Below, in pieces: positions 48,514 to 58,489 of a DNA stretch of 64,000 bases. The position numbers and the translations under genes are program-made. Position 1 is the stretch's first letter, and each line of letters begins with the position of its first letter. This stretch comes from Bacteroidota bacterium. Lineage in GTDB: Bacteria > Bacteroidota > Bacteroidia > NS11-12g > UBA955. Where the stretch lies: positions 5,413 to 69,412 of the forward strand of contig JAGFIU010000029.1 in NCBI GenBank assembly GCA_024103355.1. Direction: 5' to 3'. Under the pieces are notes generated by a model. It saw nothing but the letters and a program-made list of their open reading frames with translations, ran no database searches and was not told the origin of the DNA.

Positions 48514-50631
48514 ATGATGAAAAAATCAATACTTTCAGTAGCGTTTATACTACTATTAGGTGTAAGTTATACACAAGCGCAGTATTATTATACTTTCTAC
48601 AATGATGGAGAAAACCCCCATGAGGTTAATAGTGATGGAGAAAACCCTTACCCATCTACACAAAACACGGGATGGACTACCATTTGGAGCGGAGACGGGT
48701 CTTCAAGTACTGAATATTCAACCATTCAGACGATTCCCTTTCCTTTTGAGTTTAATGGACAGCCCGTTACAAAATTTTCGATAGGGAACTTTGGTGCTGT
48801 AACATTTGGAGACTCTGTGCCATCAATAAAGCCAAGTACTTTCAGTAATTTTTCATTACCCGCTGCCGAGATTGCAGATAATTCTGTTTGTGTTCTTGGA
48901 ATAAAACCAAAATCACAAGTTAGTGGTAGTACAACTTATAAAAGTGCTGTAATGGTCAAAACATATGGTTCTGCACCAAACAGACAACATTGGATATGGT
49001 TTAATTTCTATGGTGAGACAAATATCCAAAATGGCTGGACTTATTGGGCTATTGTTTTGGAAGAAACTACCAACAATATTTATATTGTTGATATGAAAAC
49101 ATTATGTGTAAATGCTAATAGTCAACTTTGCTCTAACAATGTTAAATTAAGTGCTGGCATCCAAATTGATAATTCAACAGCTTATTCGATAGCAAATTCT
49201 CCAAACTTAGGAGCAAATCAAACTCAAAAAAATATTTTTACGGACGAGGATAACTCATATTATCAATTTACACATGGTACTCATCCTGAAAACTCTGTGA
49301 GAATAACTGACATCATTTTTGAGCCATTGCATATACTCTCCGATGCTCCCTTTACAATCAAAGCCACTATCCAAAATCATGGTTCAAAGCCTGTCTCCAA
49401 CATTGAGGCATCATATAGAATAAACGGAGGAAGTTGGGTTACTGCAACAGTAACAACCCCTAATATTGGTGTTAATAATTATGCAGAGATTACTCATCCT
49501 ACTGCTTGGACTCCTAGTGCTACAGGTGAATATACCATTGAGTTTCAAGTAAAGAAACCCAATGGAGGCATTGACCCAATAGATGATGACGATCTTGAAG
49601 ACTTTGATGCTCAAGTTGTTGATACATTTGTAAACAGAAGAATACTTATAGAGAGTTTTACTTCATCTACCTGTGGACCATGCAGGATTGGGAATCAAAA
49701 TATAATGTCAATTACAGGTAATTATCCTGAAGATAGATATGTTTATTTAAAATATCAGTACAGTTTTCCTGGCACTGGAGATCCCTACTATACTACAGAA
49801 AATGGTATCAGAGGAAATTATTATGGAGGTGTAAACTCCATCCCGGCAACTATGATTGATGGAGATGAGCGCTTCAACCCAGGCGTTGCAACCACCTCAT
49901 TAATTGAGGAGTATATGAATCAACCGGCCTTTGTTGATATCAATGTAGATGCTTACATGGCTTGGAAAGATAATTTCAATTTTGATATTACTCTTAAACC
50001 CTATGTGGACCTACCTGCAGGTATCAAGATGCATGCAGCGATTGTTGAAACAGTCACTTATAAAAATATAAAAAACAATGGTGAAACTGAATTTCACAAT
50101 GTGTTAAAGAAATTTGCCTATGGTACTACCGGAAAAGTTCTTCCTGCTATATCAAAAAATACAACTCACTCTGAGCATGGCAACTACCAATTCCATGGCG
50201 ATTACAGATTGCCTGCAAATGCACAAGCATCCAATATTATTAATTGGAATATCGAACATTCTATTGAGAACTTCTGGAATTTGGGTGTAATAGTATTTCT
50301 GCAAGACGACAAAACAAAGGAGGTACTTCAAGCTCAGTTCGCTCGTGTCAATATGCGTACATCAGCAAACCAAACCGAATTGCAAAAATCACTTATGATT
50401 TTCCCCAATCCTGCTGATGATATGATGTATATCTCTTTCAACAAAGCAAGCAATGCTGAAGTTATTATCAGAAACATTCAAGGTGCAGTTGTTAAACAAG
50501 ACAGTTTTGATTTTAATGGAGGAAATAACACTTATATTTTAGACACAAAAGATTTATCAAATGGGGTTTACACAGTAACCATAAACTCGGATGGTGCATC
50601 TGTTACTCAAAAAGTGATAGTAACACATTAA
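48514..50631 (+). CDS. large T9SS cargo protein with internal thioredoxin-like CGPC motif
   Basis: Signal peptide. ESFTSSTCGPCRIGN sits in the middle of the protein. C-terminal T9SS domain ...SNGVYTVTINSDGASVTQKVIVTH. Confidence 0.6.
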   Translation: MMKKSILSVAFILLLGVSYTQAQYYYTFYNDGENPHEVNSDGENPYPSTQNTGWTTIWSGDGSSSTEYSTIQTIPFPFEFNGQPVTKFSIGNFGAVTFGDSVPSIKPSTFSNFSLPAAEIADNSVCVLGIKPKSQVSGSTTYKSAVMVKTYGSAPNRQHWIWFNFYGETNIQNGWTYWAIVLEETTNNIYIVDMKTLCVNANSQLCSNNVKLSAGIQIDNSTAYSIANSPNLGANQTQKNIFTDEDNSYYQFTHGTHPENSVRITDIIFEPLHILSDAPFTIKATIQNHGSKPVSNIEASYRINGGSWVTATVTTPNIGVNNYAEITHPTAWTPSATGEYTIEFQVKKPNGGIDPIDDDDLEDFDAQVVDTFVNRRILIESFTSSTCGPCRIGNQNIMSITGNYPEDRYVYLKYQYSFPGTGDPYYTTENGIRGNYYGGVNSIPATMIDGDERFNPGVATTSLIEEYMNQPAFVDINVDAYMAWKDNFNFDITLKPYVDLPAGIKMHAAIVETVTYKNIKNNGETEFHNVLKKFAYGTTGKVLPAISKNTTHSEHGNYQFHGDYRLPANAQASNIINWNIEHSIENFWNLGVIVFLQDDKTKEVLQAQFARVNMRTSANQTELQKSLMIFPNPADDMMYISFNKASNAEVIIRNIQGAVVKQDSFDFNGGNNTYILDTKDLSNGVYTVTINSDGASVTQKVIVTH

Positions 50632-50665
50632 TAAATAAATTCATCAAACCGTTTTCCAATAAAAA

Positions 50666-50688
50666 GCCGCTCAATAGCGGCTTTTTTA
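50666..50688. terminator. Rho-independent terminator (A-run, hairpin, T-run; bidirectional-capable)
   Basis: aaaaa gccgct caat agcggc ttttttatt. Confidence 0.65.
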
Positions 50689-50740
50689 TTGGATTGAAAT
50701 TTTCATACATTCGCAGTTGAAATTTAATTATCAAATAACT

Positions 50741-51298
50741 ATGGGAACTATTATTCTATTAGCTTCAGGACTTCTGACACTCATTATAATCAGCATATAT
50801 AATCGTCTTGTAAAACTAAAAATTAGAAGAGAAAATGCTTTCGCTGATATTGATGTCCAACTCAAACAACGACACGATCTTATACCCCAACTTGTTAACA
50901 CTGTTAAAGGATATATGAAACATGAAGAAGGGGTTCTTACCAAAATCACAGAAGCTCGTTCGCATGCAATAAAAGCCGGATCAATTAATGAAAAAATTGC
51001 CGCAGAAAATGAACTGACTCGAGCTATGAACGGATTGAGCGTTCAAGTTGAAGCATATCCCGACCTAAAGGCTAATCAAAATTTTATGAACCTTCAGATG
51101 GAGATTTCAGATATAGAAAACAAACTAGCTGCAGTGAGAAGATTTTTTAACTCTGCTACAAGAGAGTTGAACACAGCAATTCAGGTATTTCCTAATAATA
51201 TTTTTGCCGGCATGTTCGGTTTTACTCCTCAACCCATGTTTGATATAGGAGAAGAGAATAGGGTAACTATGGATAAAGCTCCTGATATCAGTTTCTAA
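50741..51298 (+). CDS. LemA family protein
   Basis: N-terminal transmembrane helix MGTIILLASGLLTLIIISIY, then the LemA helical domain (NRLVKLKIRRENAFADIDVQLKQRHDLIPQLV). The ORF track extends upstream only through a TTG start. Confidence 0.85.
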   Translation: MGTIILLASGLLTLIIISIYNRLVKLKIRRENAFADIDVQLKQRHDLIPQLVNTVKGYMKHEEGVLTKITEARSHAIKAGSINEKIAAENELTRAMNGLSVQVEAYPDLKANQNFMNLQMEISDIENKLAAVRRFFNSATRELNTAIQVFPNNIFAGMFGFTPQPMFDIGEENRVTMDKAPDISF

Positions 51299-51309
51299 TT
51301 TTTAATTAA

Positions 51310-52278
51310 ATGACAGCGTATATTGGTATCCATTCGCAGATTGTGCGAAACAATCGTTTGTCAATATTATATTTACTCTCATTCCCTATTTTAATACTAT
51401 TTCCAATATGGGGTACACTTTATGCCACCCTCATTTATGAAGTTGAGGGTTCTAATAAAGTCCTAGCATTCTACGAAACAAATCGTGAGTTCATTGTTAT
51501 TCTCCCCTATGTTTTAGCAGGGGTTGCAGTATGGTTTATTATCGCATATTTTGGAAATACCACAATAATCAATGCCGGTACTCATGCAAAAAGTCTCAGC
51601 AGAACTGAAAATCCGCGAGTCTATAATCTTACTGAGAACCTTTGTATGAGCATTGGAATGACAATGCCCAAACTTCAAATTATTGAGAGTCCTGTCCTCA
51701 ATGCATTTGCCAGCGGAATAAATGAAAAAACATACAGTGTTACTCTCACACGAGGAATTATTGATGCCTTAGATGACAAAGAACTCGAAGGAGTAATAGC
51801 ACATGAATTAACGCATATCAGAAACAGAGACGTAAGGCTAATGATTATTTCAATCATTTTTGTAGGCATCTTAGCTGTCATGTCAAGGGTATTATTAAGA
51901 AATATGTTATATATCGGTGGAAAGAGAAAAAGTAGAGATGATAATGGAAAAGGAAGTGGTGGTGTTGCCATTTTAGTTGCACTACTTCTGGTATTACTTG
52001 CTTATTTTTTTTCAATTCTTTTCAAACTAGGAATCTCGCGAAAGAGAGAATACATGGCAGACGCAGGTGCTGCTGATATGACCAAAAATCCTCGCGCATT
52101 GGCTTCTGCACTTAGAAAAATTTCAGGAAATAACAATCTTGAATTTGTCAACGGTGAAATGAAACAACTATTTATTGCAAATAATGTGAAAGAAAATAAA
52201 TTTTCATCCGGCTTGAGTAACCTATTTGCGACACACCCTCCTATTGAGAAAAGAATTGAAGTGCTAGAGAATTTTTAA
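51310..52278 (+). CDS. M48 family zinc metallopeptidase (HtpX-like)
   Basis: HEXXH as HELTHIRNRD with flanking transmembrane helices. It follows the conserved LemA-M48 gene pairing. Confidence 0.8.
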   Translation: MTAYIGIHSQIVRNNRLSILYLLSFPILILFPIWGTLYATLIYEVEGSNKVLAFYETNREFIVILPYVLAGVAVWFIIAYFGNTTIINAGTHAKSLSRTENPRVYNLTENLCMSIGMTMPKLQIIESPVLNAFASGINEKTYSVTLTRGIIDALDDKELEGVIAHELTHIRNRDVRLMIISIIFVGILAVMSRVLLRNMLYIGGKRKSRDDNGKGSGGVAILVALLLVLLAYFFSILFKLGISRKREYMADAGAADMTKNPRALASALRKISGNNNLEFVNGEMKQLFIANNVKENKFSSGLSNLFATHPPIEKRIEVLENF

Positions 52279-52282
52279 ATAA

Positions 52283-53485
52283 ATGCTAAAGATTGGAATA
52301 TTAAAAGAACGGAAACAGCCAGCAGATAAAAGAACTGTGCTGACACCAAAACAATGTGCTCAAATAATGGAAGCACATCCCGAAATAGTGATTAAAGCTG
52401 AAAGCTCAACTGACCGAACTTTTAGCAACAAAGAATATCAAGATTTTGGAATTGAAGTTACAAGTAATATTAGGGACAGTGATATTTTATTGGGAGTAAA
52501 AGAAGTACCACCCGATGAACTTATCCCAAATAAAACCTATTTCTTTTTCTCGCATACAATTAAGAAGCAGCCATATAATCAACCTCTTATGAAAGCTCTA
52601 ATTGAAAGAAAAATCAGAATGATTGATTTTGAGACATTGGTTGAATCCAATGGAAAAAGAATAATTGGTTTTGGAAATTTTGCGGGAAAGGTTGGTGCAT
52701 ATAATGGTTTACTGACTTATGGGAAAAAGCACAATCTTTTTGTACTTACTCCGGCACATCAAATCAATTCGTATCAGGGAATCGTGGAAGAAGCAAAAAA
52801 ATTGATTAGAGGAAACATACGGATAGTGCTCACCGGAACCGGTAGAGTGGGCGGTGGTGCTTCCAAATTTTTAACTGATGTTGGAATCGAAGAAATTAAA
52901 CCATCCGAGTTTTTGAAAACAAAAAATAAAGGTATTTATTTCACACATCTGGGCGGAAAGGAACTTTATAAAAGAAAATCAGACAGCAAAAATCTAAGAA
53001 GTGAATTTCATTCAAATCCGGAATTGTATGAAACTGCCTTTACACCTTTTATCCCTAAAACAGATTTGCTTATTAATGGCATATTTTGGAATCAAAAAAT
53101 GCCAAGGCTTTTCAGTAAGGAAGACATCAGAAGCAAAGACTTCAATATTTCTGTAATAGCAGATGTATCATGCGACATAGATGGCTCTGTACCAATAACA
53201 TATAAAGCAACACATATTTCAGACCCTGTTTTTGGAGTGGATAGAAATACGCTGAAAGAGACCAGGCCATATCAACCCAACTCGATTGACATGATGACGG
53301 TTACAAACCTGCCAACGGAGTTACCACATGATGCTTCGGTATATTTTGGAAAAACTTTTATTCAGAGAGTTATTCCTGAAATTCTTAAACCTGAAATCAG
53401 CGAAATTTTACGCAATGCAACTATCTGTGATAAAGGCAAATTGAATAAAAAGTATGAGTACCTTAAAGATTATGCGGGTCTTTAG
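52283..53485 (+). CDS. alanine dehydrogenase/PNT-fold NAD(P)-dependent oxidoreductase (saccharopine dehydrogenase-like)
   Basis: N-terminal MLKIGILKERKQPADKRTVLTPKQ resembles the AlaDH/LKR N-domain. Rossmann motif LTGTGRVGGGA. Confidence 0.5.
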   Translation: MLKIGILKERKQPADKRTVLTPKQCAQIMEAHPEIVIKAESSTDRTFSNKEYQDFGIEVTSNIRDSDILLGVKEVPPDELIPNKTYFFFSHTIKKQPYNQPLMKALIERKIRMIDFETLVESNGKRIIGFGNFAGKVGAYNGLLTYGKKHNLFVLTPAHQINSYQGIVEEAKKLIRGNIRIVLTGTGRVGGGASKFLTDVGIEEIKPSEFLKTKNKGIYFTHLGGKELYKRKSDSKNLRSEFHSNPELYETAFTPFIPKTDLLINGIFWNQKMPRLFSKEDIRSKDFNISVIADVSCDIDGSVPITYKATHISDPVFGVDRNTLKETRPYQPNSIDMMTVTNLPTELPHDASVYFGKTFIQRVIPEILKPEISEILRNATICDKGKLNKKYEYLKDYAGL

Positions 53486-53579
53486 CGTTTATAATTAAAG
53501 TATTCTTTAGATAAAATCGCTTTTTATGCCCTTTTTTATCGAGTTATAAGAAACTTTTCTTAAAACCATTTTCAATCAT

Positions 53580-53587
53580 TACTTTTG
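53580..53587 (+). promoter_or_regulatory. -7 box TActTTTG upstream of typA
   Basis: tacttttg lies 10 nt upstream of the ATG at 53598. I found no clear -33 TTG. Confidence 0.3.
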
Positions 53588-53597
53588 CACCCCTTTT

Positions 53598-55400
53598 ATG
53601 AAAGCCCTCAGAAACATTGCAATTATTGCACACGTTGACCATGGTAAAACCACTTTGGTTGACAAAATTTTGCACCAAACACTCATTTTCAGAAAAGAAG
53701 AAGAGAAAGGTGATTTAATTTTAGATAATAACGATCTTGAACGAGAGCGAGGGATAACTATATTTTCCAAAAACGTATCTGTTGAATACAAAGGTGTAAA
53801 AATCAATGTAATAGACACACCCGGACACGCAGATTTCGGTGGTGAAGTTGAGCGTGTTCTAAAAATGGCAGATGGTGTTATTCTACTTGTTGATGCTTTT
53901 GAAGGACCAATGCCACAAACAAGATTTGTTTTGAATAAAGCAATTGAACTTGGACTTAAACCAATTGTGTTGGTTAATAAGGTTGACAAGCCCAATTGCC
54001 GACCGGATGAAGTAAACGATGCAGTTTTTGACCTTATGTTTAATCTAAAAGCTTCTGAATGGCAATTAGACTACAAAACGGTATATGGTTCTGCAAAACA
54101 AGGTTGGTATGGACCCGATTGGAGGACACCTACTAAAGATATCAGCTATTTATTAGACACAATTTTAGAACAAATTCCGGAACCCAAAACAGAAGAAGGA
54201 GATTTGCAAATGCAAATTACCTCTTTGGATTACTCCAACTATTTGGGTAGAATCGCAGTCGGCAAAATAAAAAGAGGACAAATTACCGAGAATCAACCTA
54301 TAGTATTGATTGATAGAGAGGGCAAAATCAAGAGAAGCAGGATTAAAGAACTTTATACCTTTGAGGGACTCGGCAAAAAGAAAGTAGAAACAATCGAAGC
54401 AGGTGATATCTGTGCAATCGTTGGATTAGAAGATTTTCAGATTGGTGACACTGTTGCCGATGCCAATAATCCTGAGGCACTTCCAAATATCAAGATTGAC
54501 GAACCAACCATGAGTATGTTGTTTACTATCAACAACTCTCCTTTTTTCGGAAAAGACGGAAAATATGTAACCAGCAGACACTTAAGAGAACGTTTATACA
54601 AAGAAACCGAAAAGAATCTTGCCCTCAAAGTGATAGACACAGAAAGTCCTGACAGTTTACTTGTGTTTGGAAGAGGGATATTACACTTATCCGTATTAAT
54701 TGAAACAATGCGCAGAGAAGGCTACGAACTTCAAGTTGGTCAACCAAAAGTAATTACAAAGGAAATTAATGGAGTAAAAAATGAACCTATTGAAAGTCTT
54801 GTAGTAGATGTTCCTGACGGTTTATCAGGAAAAATAGTGGAACTCGCAACCCAGCGCAAAGGCGAATTGCAAGTGATGGAGCCTCGCGGTGATATGCAGC
54901 ATCTAGAGTTCATCATTCCGTCACGAGGGTTGATAGGACTAAGAAGTCAGATGCTAACCGCATCGCAAGGTGAAGCTATCATGGCACACCGTTTTATGGA
55001 ATACCAACCATGGAAAGGCAATATTCCCGGCCGTTTAAACGGCTCGCTTGTTAGCATGGAAACAGGACCTGCAACAGCCTACTCCATTGACAAACTTCTT
55101 GACAGAGGTACTTTCTTTGTTGAATCCGGTGAAGAGATATACGAAGGTCAGATAGTGGGTGAGAACAACAGACAAGATGACATCGTGGTCAATATTGTAA
55201 AAGCTAAACAACTTACCAATTTTCGTGCTGCGGGCAAAGATGATTCTGCAAGCAAAATTCCAAAAAGACTGTTTTCCTTAGAAGAAGCTCTAGAATATAT
55301 CAAAGAGGATGAACTTGTAGAAATAACACCCAAAGCAATCCGTCTAAGAAAAATTTACCTGAAAGAACACGAGCGTAAAAGAAATAAGCAGCCTGAATAA
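53598..55400 (+). CDS. typA: translational GTPase TypA/BipA
   Basis: MKALRNIAIIAHVDHGKTTLVDKIL, DTPGHADFGGEVER and NKVD motifs. 600 aa. Confidence 0.9.
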   Translation: MKALRNIAIIAHVDHGKTTLVDKILHQTLIFRKEEEKGDLILDNNDLERERGITIFSKNVSVEYKGVKINVIDTPGHADFGGEVERVLKMADGVILLVDAFEGPMPQTRFVLNKAIELGLKPIVLVNKVDKPNCRPDEVNDAVFDLMFNLKASEWQLDYKTVYGSAKQGWYGPDWRTPTKDISYLLDTILEQIPEPKTEEGDLQMQITSLDYSNYLGRIAVGKIKRGQITENQPIVLIDREGKIKRSRIKELYTFEGLGKKKVETIEAGDICAIVGLEDFQIGDTVADANNPEALPNIKIDEPTMSMLFTINNSPFFGKDGKYVTSRHLRERLYKETEKNLALKVIDTESPDSLLVFGRGILHLSVLIETMRREGYELQVGQPKVITKEINGVKNEPIESLVVDVPDGLSGKIVELATQRKGELQVMEPRGDMQHLEFIIPSRGLIGLRSQMLTASQGEAIMAHRFMEYQPWKGNIPGRLNGSLVSMETGPATAYSIDKLLDRGTFFVESGEEIYEGQIVGENNRQDDIVVNIVKAKQLTNFRAAGKDDSASKIPKRLFSLEEALEYIKEDELVEITPKAIRLRKIYLKEHERKRNKQPE

Positions 55401-55454
55401 ACCTTGAATCAGTATAATGTTTGGCAACTGTTTCATCAAAGAATAGCATAGATT

Positions 55455-55483
55455 TTGTCTGTCTTTCTTTTATACTTTTGTAA
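55455..55483 (+). promoter_or_regulatory. Putative promoter of the AsmA-family gene (TTG ... TActTTTG)
   Basis: TTG at 55455-55457 and tacttttg at 55473-55480. The 15-nt spacer is short. The -7 box is 23 nt upstream of the ATG at 55504. Confidence 0.3.
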
Positions 55484-55503
55484 CCCATTTTATCACAATC
55501 AAT

Positions 55504-58407
55504 ATGATTAAAAAGATTTTAAAGATTACAGGAATTATTGTTCTTGTGTTTATCCTATTTCTACTTGTTGCACCTTTTATTTTCAAAGGAAAAATTATTC
55601 GCAAAATTAAAGAGGTAGCCAATGAGAACGTACAAGCAAAAATTGATTTCAATGAAGATATTTCTCTGTCCTTAATCAAAAGTTTTCCTGATTTTTCATT
55701 AGGAATTAAAAATATTGCTGTAATTGGAATTAATGATTTTGCAGACGATACCCTTTTTTATGCTGATAATTTAAAAACTACCATCGATATTAAATCTGTA
55801 ATTTCCGGAGACAAAGTCAATCTAAAAACACTTACAATAGAAAAACCTGTAGTTAATCTTTTAATCAATAAAGAAGGAAAAGCTAATTGGGACATAGTGC
55901 CTGAAGATTCAATTCAGACAGAAGAAAAAGAAGCAGAGTCAAATTTTGCCATAAAAATAAAATCTTTGGATATTAATAGCGGAAAAGTCTTTTATCAAGA
56001 CAAGGAAATGGACTTTTCATTACTACTCAATGGGTTTGACCATCATTTAGAAGGTGATTTCACTTTGGATAATTTTTTGATGAAAACTCGCTCAGAAGTT
56101 CAAGAGCTTACAATGACTTTCGAGGGAGTGCCTTTTCTAAATAAGGTTCATTCTAATATCCTGGCTGATTTAAATATGGACATGAAAAAATTTAAGTTTG
56201 AATTTGTTCAAAATAGCATAAGCTTCAATGAACTTGAAACCAAACTTGACGGCTGGATAAAATTGAACGATAATGACATTGATTTTGACCTCACTTTTGG
56301 TGCTTTACGCAATGATTTTAAAAACTTTATTTCGTTAATTCCGGCAATCTATTCCAATGATTTTGCATCATTGAAAACAAGTGGAAAAATGGAGTTTACC
56401 GGATTTTTTAAAGGTAAAATGACCGATGATTTAATGCCGGGTTATGGAATTAATCTTTCCATAGATAACGGTTACTTCAAATACCCTGACCTGCCTGCTG
56501 CTTTAGAGAATGTTCAAGTAAAAATGAATGTAGAAAACAAAACTGGTCTTGACCCAGATTTTATTTTGGATTTGTCAAAACTGAGTTTGACAATGGATAA
56601 GAATCCCTTTAACCTAAGACTGTTTATGAAAAACATGGCAAACCCACATGTTGATGGTGCTGTGAAAGGTAAGATTGACTTGTCAAGCATTTCCAAACTT
56701 GTTCCAATGGATGATATGCAAATTTCCGGCTTACTCAATGCCGACATGTCTTTCAAAGGACTTATTTCTAAAATAGAATCCGGAAGTTATGAAGATATCG
56801 ATGCACAGGGCTCAATCGATATTAGTAACATGTTTTATAAAAGTGCTGATTTTCCTGAGGGCTTAAACTTGGATAAATTCAATTTAATATTTACTCCAAA
56901 GTTGGTCAAAATGCCTATATGCTCCGGTAAAATTAATACTACAGACTTTAAAGCTGATGGGCAACTCAGCAACTTTTTTGCTTATGCACTATCAGATGGA
57001 ACTATCAAAGGAAATTTGAATCTTTTTTCAAACTACTTCAATGCCAATCAATTTATGACCGATGATGAATCAGGCTCCGGTTCTCAACAATCAGAAGATA
57101 CCTCAACCATCAGTTCAATCGAAATCCCGGGAAATATTGACTTCAATATGAATGTGCTTGTGAAAAAGCTCAAGTATGACAATATGGATATCGATAATCT
57201 AAAAGGCGATATAACTGTTAAAGAGAGCAAAATATTTTTTAAGGATGCCGGTATGCAAATGCTTGGTGGAACAATGGTTTTGAATGGAATATTTGACGGT
57301 ATAAATCCTAAAATGCCTTTTACAGACATTGCGCTAAAAATGACCAATTTTGATATTCCAAAAGCATTTACAAGCTTTGATATGATAAAGAAATATGCCC
57401 CGTTTGCTGAAAAAATGACCGGACTGTTTTCTATGTCACTCGATATGAAATCAAATTTGGATGAAGGAATGAATTTGATATACCCATCTTTGACCGGTAT
57501 CGGAACAATCAGCCTATCCAATGCAAGTCTGTCCAATCTGAAAGTAATGAACATTCTTGCAGACCAATTAAAATTGGAAAAATTCAGAAAATTGGAATTA
57601 AAAGAGCAAAAACTAACCTTCAAAATTGATAATGGTAAATTCCTGATGGATTCATTATTAGTCCCTTTATGGCAAAATACTAAACTAAAATTAGGCGGTT
57701 ACTCTACTTTTGAACAAGGTTTAAATTATGTTGGATTTGTGAGTATTCCTCGCAAAGATTTAGGCGTTGGGAATACTGCATTTGAGAAATTGTTAGGAGA
57801 AGCCAAAAAGAAAGGCCTCAATCTCGAGTCTGATGAAATTATAAATATAGCCCTGAGTATCACAGGTAATTTTACCAAACCTATAGTGAAATTGGATTTA
57901 CGCGAAACTATGGAAGGATTGGGAAAGAGTTTGATTGACCAAACTAAAGAACAAGTCAAACAAAAAGTTACTGAAAAAGTTGAAGATGTCAAAAAGGACA
58001 TAAAACAAAAAGCAGATGAAGCCAAAGAAGAAGCAAGAAAAAAAGCTCAGGCAGAAGCAGACAAAATAATAGAAACTGCACAGAATCAATGTGATAAAAT
58101 CAATGCTGAAGCAAAAAAACAAGCTGACTTGATTAGAAAAGAGGCAAAAGATGCTGCACAAAAAATAAGAGATGAAGCGGATAAACAAGCACAAGATTTG
58201 GTGAATAAAGCTACAAATCCCCTGCAAAAAGTTGCAGCTGAAAAAGGCACTGAAAAAATTCGTAAGGAGGCCAATGATAAAGCAAACGCATTGGAAAACG
58301 AAGCGAACAAAAAAGCAGATGGTATTGAAAAAGCAGCTAAAGACAAAACAGATAAAATTATGCAGGATGCTAAACAGAAAGCGGATGAAACCTTGAATAA
58401 AATCTAA
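55504..58407 (+). CDS. AsmA-family protein with C-terminal Lys/Ala/Glu-rich amphipathic repeat tail
   Basis: N-terminal transmembrane anchor ITGIIVLVFILFLLVAPFIF. The long beta-rich middle is consistent with AsmA-like lipid-transfer folds. The last ~155 aa are charged 11-mer-like repeats. Confidence 0.55.
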   Translation: MIKKILKITGIIVLVFILFLLVAPFIFKGKIIRKIKEVANENVQAKIDFNEDISLSLIKSFPDFSLGIKNIAVIGINDFADDTLFYADNLKTTIDIKSVISGDKVNLKTLTIEKPVVNLLINKEGKANWDIVPEDSIQTEEKEAESNFAIKIKSLDINSGKVFYQDKEMDFSLLLNGFDHHLEGDFTLDNFLMKTRSEVQELTMTFEGVPFLNKVHSNILADLNMDMKKFKFEFVQNSISFNELETKLDGWIKLNDNDIDFDLTFGALRNDFKNFISLIPAIYSNDFASLKTSGKMEFTGFFKGKMTDDLMPGYGINLSIDNGYFKYPDLPAALENVQVKMNVENKTGLDPDFILDLSKLSLTMDKNPFNLRLFMKNMANPHVDGAVKGKIDLSSISKLVPMDDMQISGLLNADMSFKGLISKIESGSYEDIDAQGSIDISNMFYKSADFPEGLNLDKFNLIFTPKLVKMPICSGKINTTDFKADGQLSNFFAYALSDGTIKGNLNLFSNYFNANQFMTDDESGSGSQQSEDTSTISSIEIPGNIDFNMNVLVKKLKYDNMDIDNLKGDITVKESKIFFKDAGMQMLGGTMVLNGIFDGINPKMPFTDIALKMTNFDIPKAFTSFDMIKKYAPFAEKMTGLFSMSLDMKSNLDEGMNLIYPSLTGIGTISLSNASLSNLKVMNILADQLKLEKFRKLELKEQKLTFKIDNGKFLMDSLLVPLWQNTKLKLGGYSTFEQGLNYVGFVSIPRKDLGVGNTAFEKLLGEAKKKGLNLESDEIINIALSITGNFTKPIVKLDLRETMEGLGKSLIDQTKEQVKQKVTEKVEDVKKDIKQKADEAKEEARKKAQAEADKIIETAQNQCDKINAEAKKQADLIRKEAKDAAQKIRDEADKQAQDLVNKATNPLQKVAAEKGTEKIRKEANDKANALENEANKKADGIEKAAKDKTDKIMQDAKQKADETLNKI
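57930..58404. repeat. Low-complexity coding repeat (K/A/E/D-rich, ~11-residue periodicity) at the AsmA 3' end
   Basis: KEQVKQKVTEKVEDVKKDIKQKADEAKEEARKKAQAEADKIIE...KKADGIEKAAKDKTDKIMQDAKQKADETLNKI. It produces the long F/C-rich antisense ORFs at 57898..58425 and 58086..58346. Confidence 0.6.
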
Positions 58408-58432
58408 GAGAAAACTTTCAATCAAATTTTAT

Positions 58433-58447
58433 TTAGAATCATTCTAA
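58433..58447. promoter_or_regulatory. Perfect 7-1-7 palindrome TTAGAATCATTCTAA in the iscU promoter region (candidate operator)
   Basis: It lies 10 nt upstream of the -7 box TAacTTTG (58457-58464) and 43 nt upstream of the iscU ATG. The core AATCATT resembles the Fur-box core. Confidence 0.4.
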
Positions 58448-58489
58448 CAATTTTAGTAACTTTGCAGTTGTAATAAACAAAGACACATT

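Noticed and set aside
57084-58425. Three long minus-strand ORFs (179, 175, 86 aa) inside the AsmA-family gene
   Set aside because: They are F/C/S-rich antisense translations of the Lys/Ala/Glu-rich repeat and the adjacent region. They are artefacts of low-complexity coding sequence.
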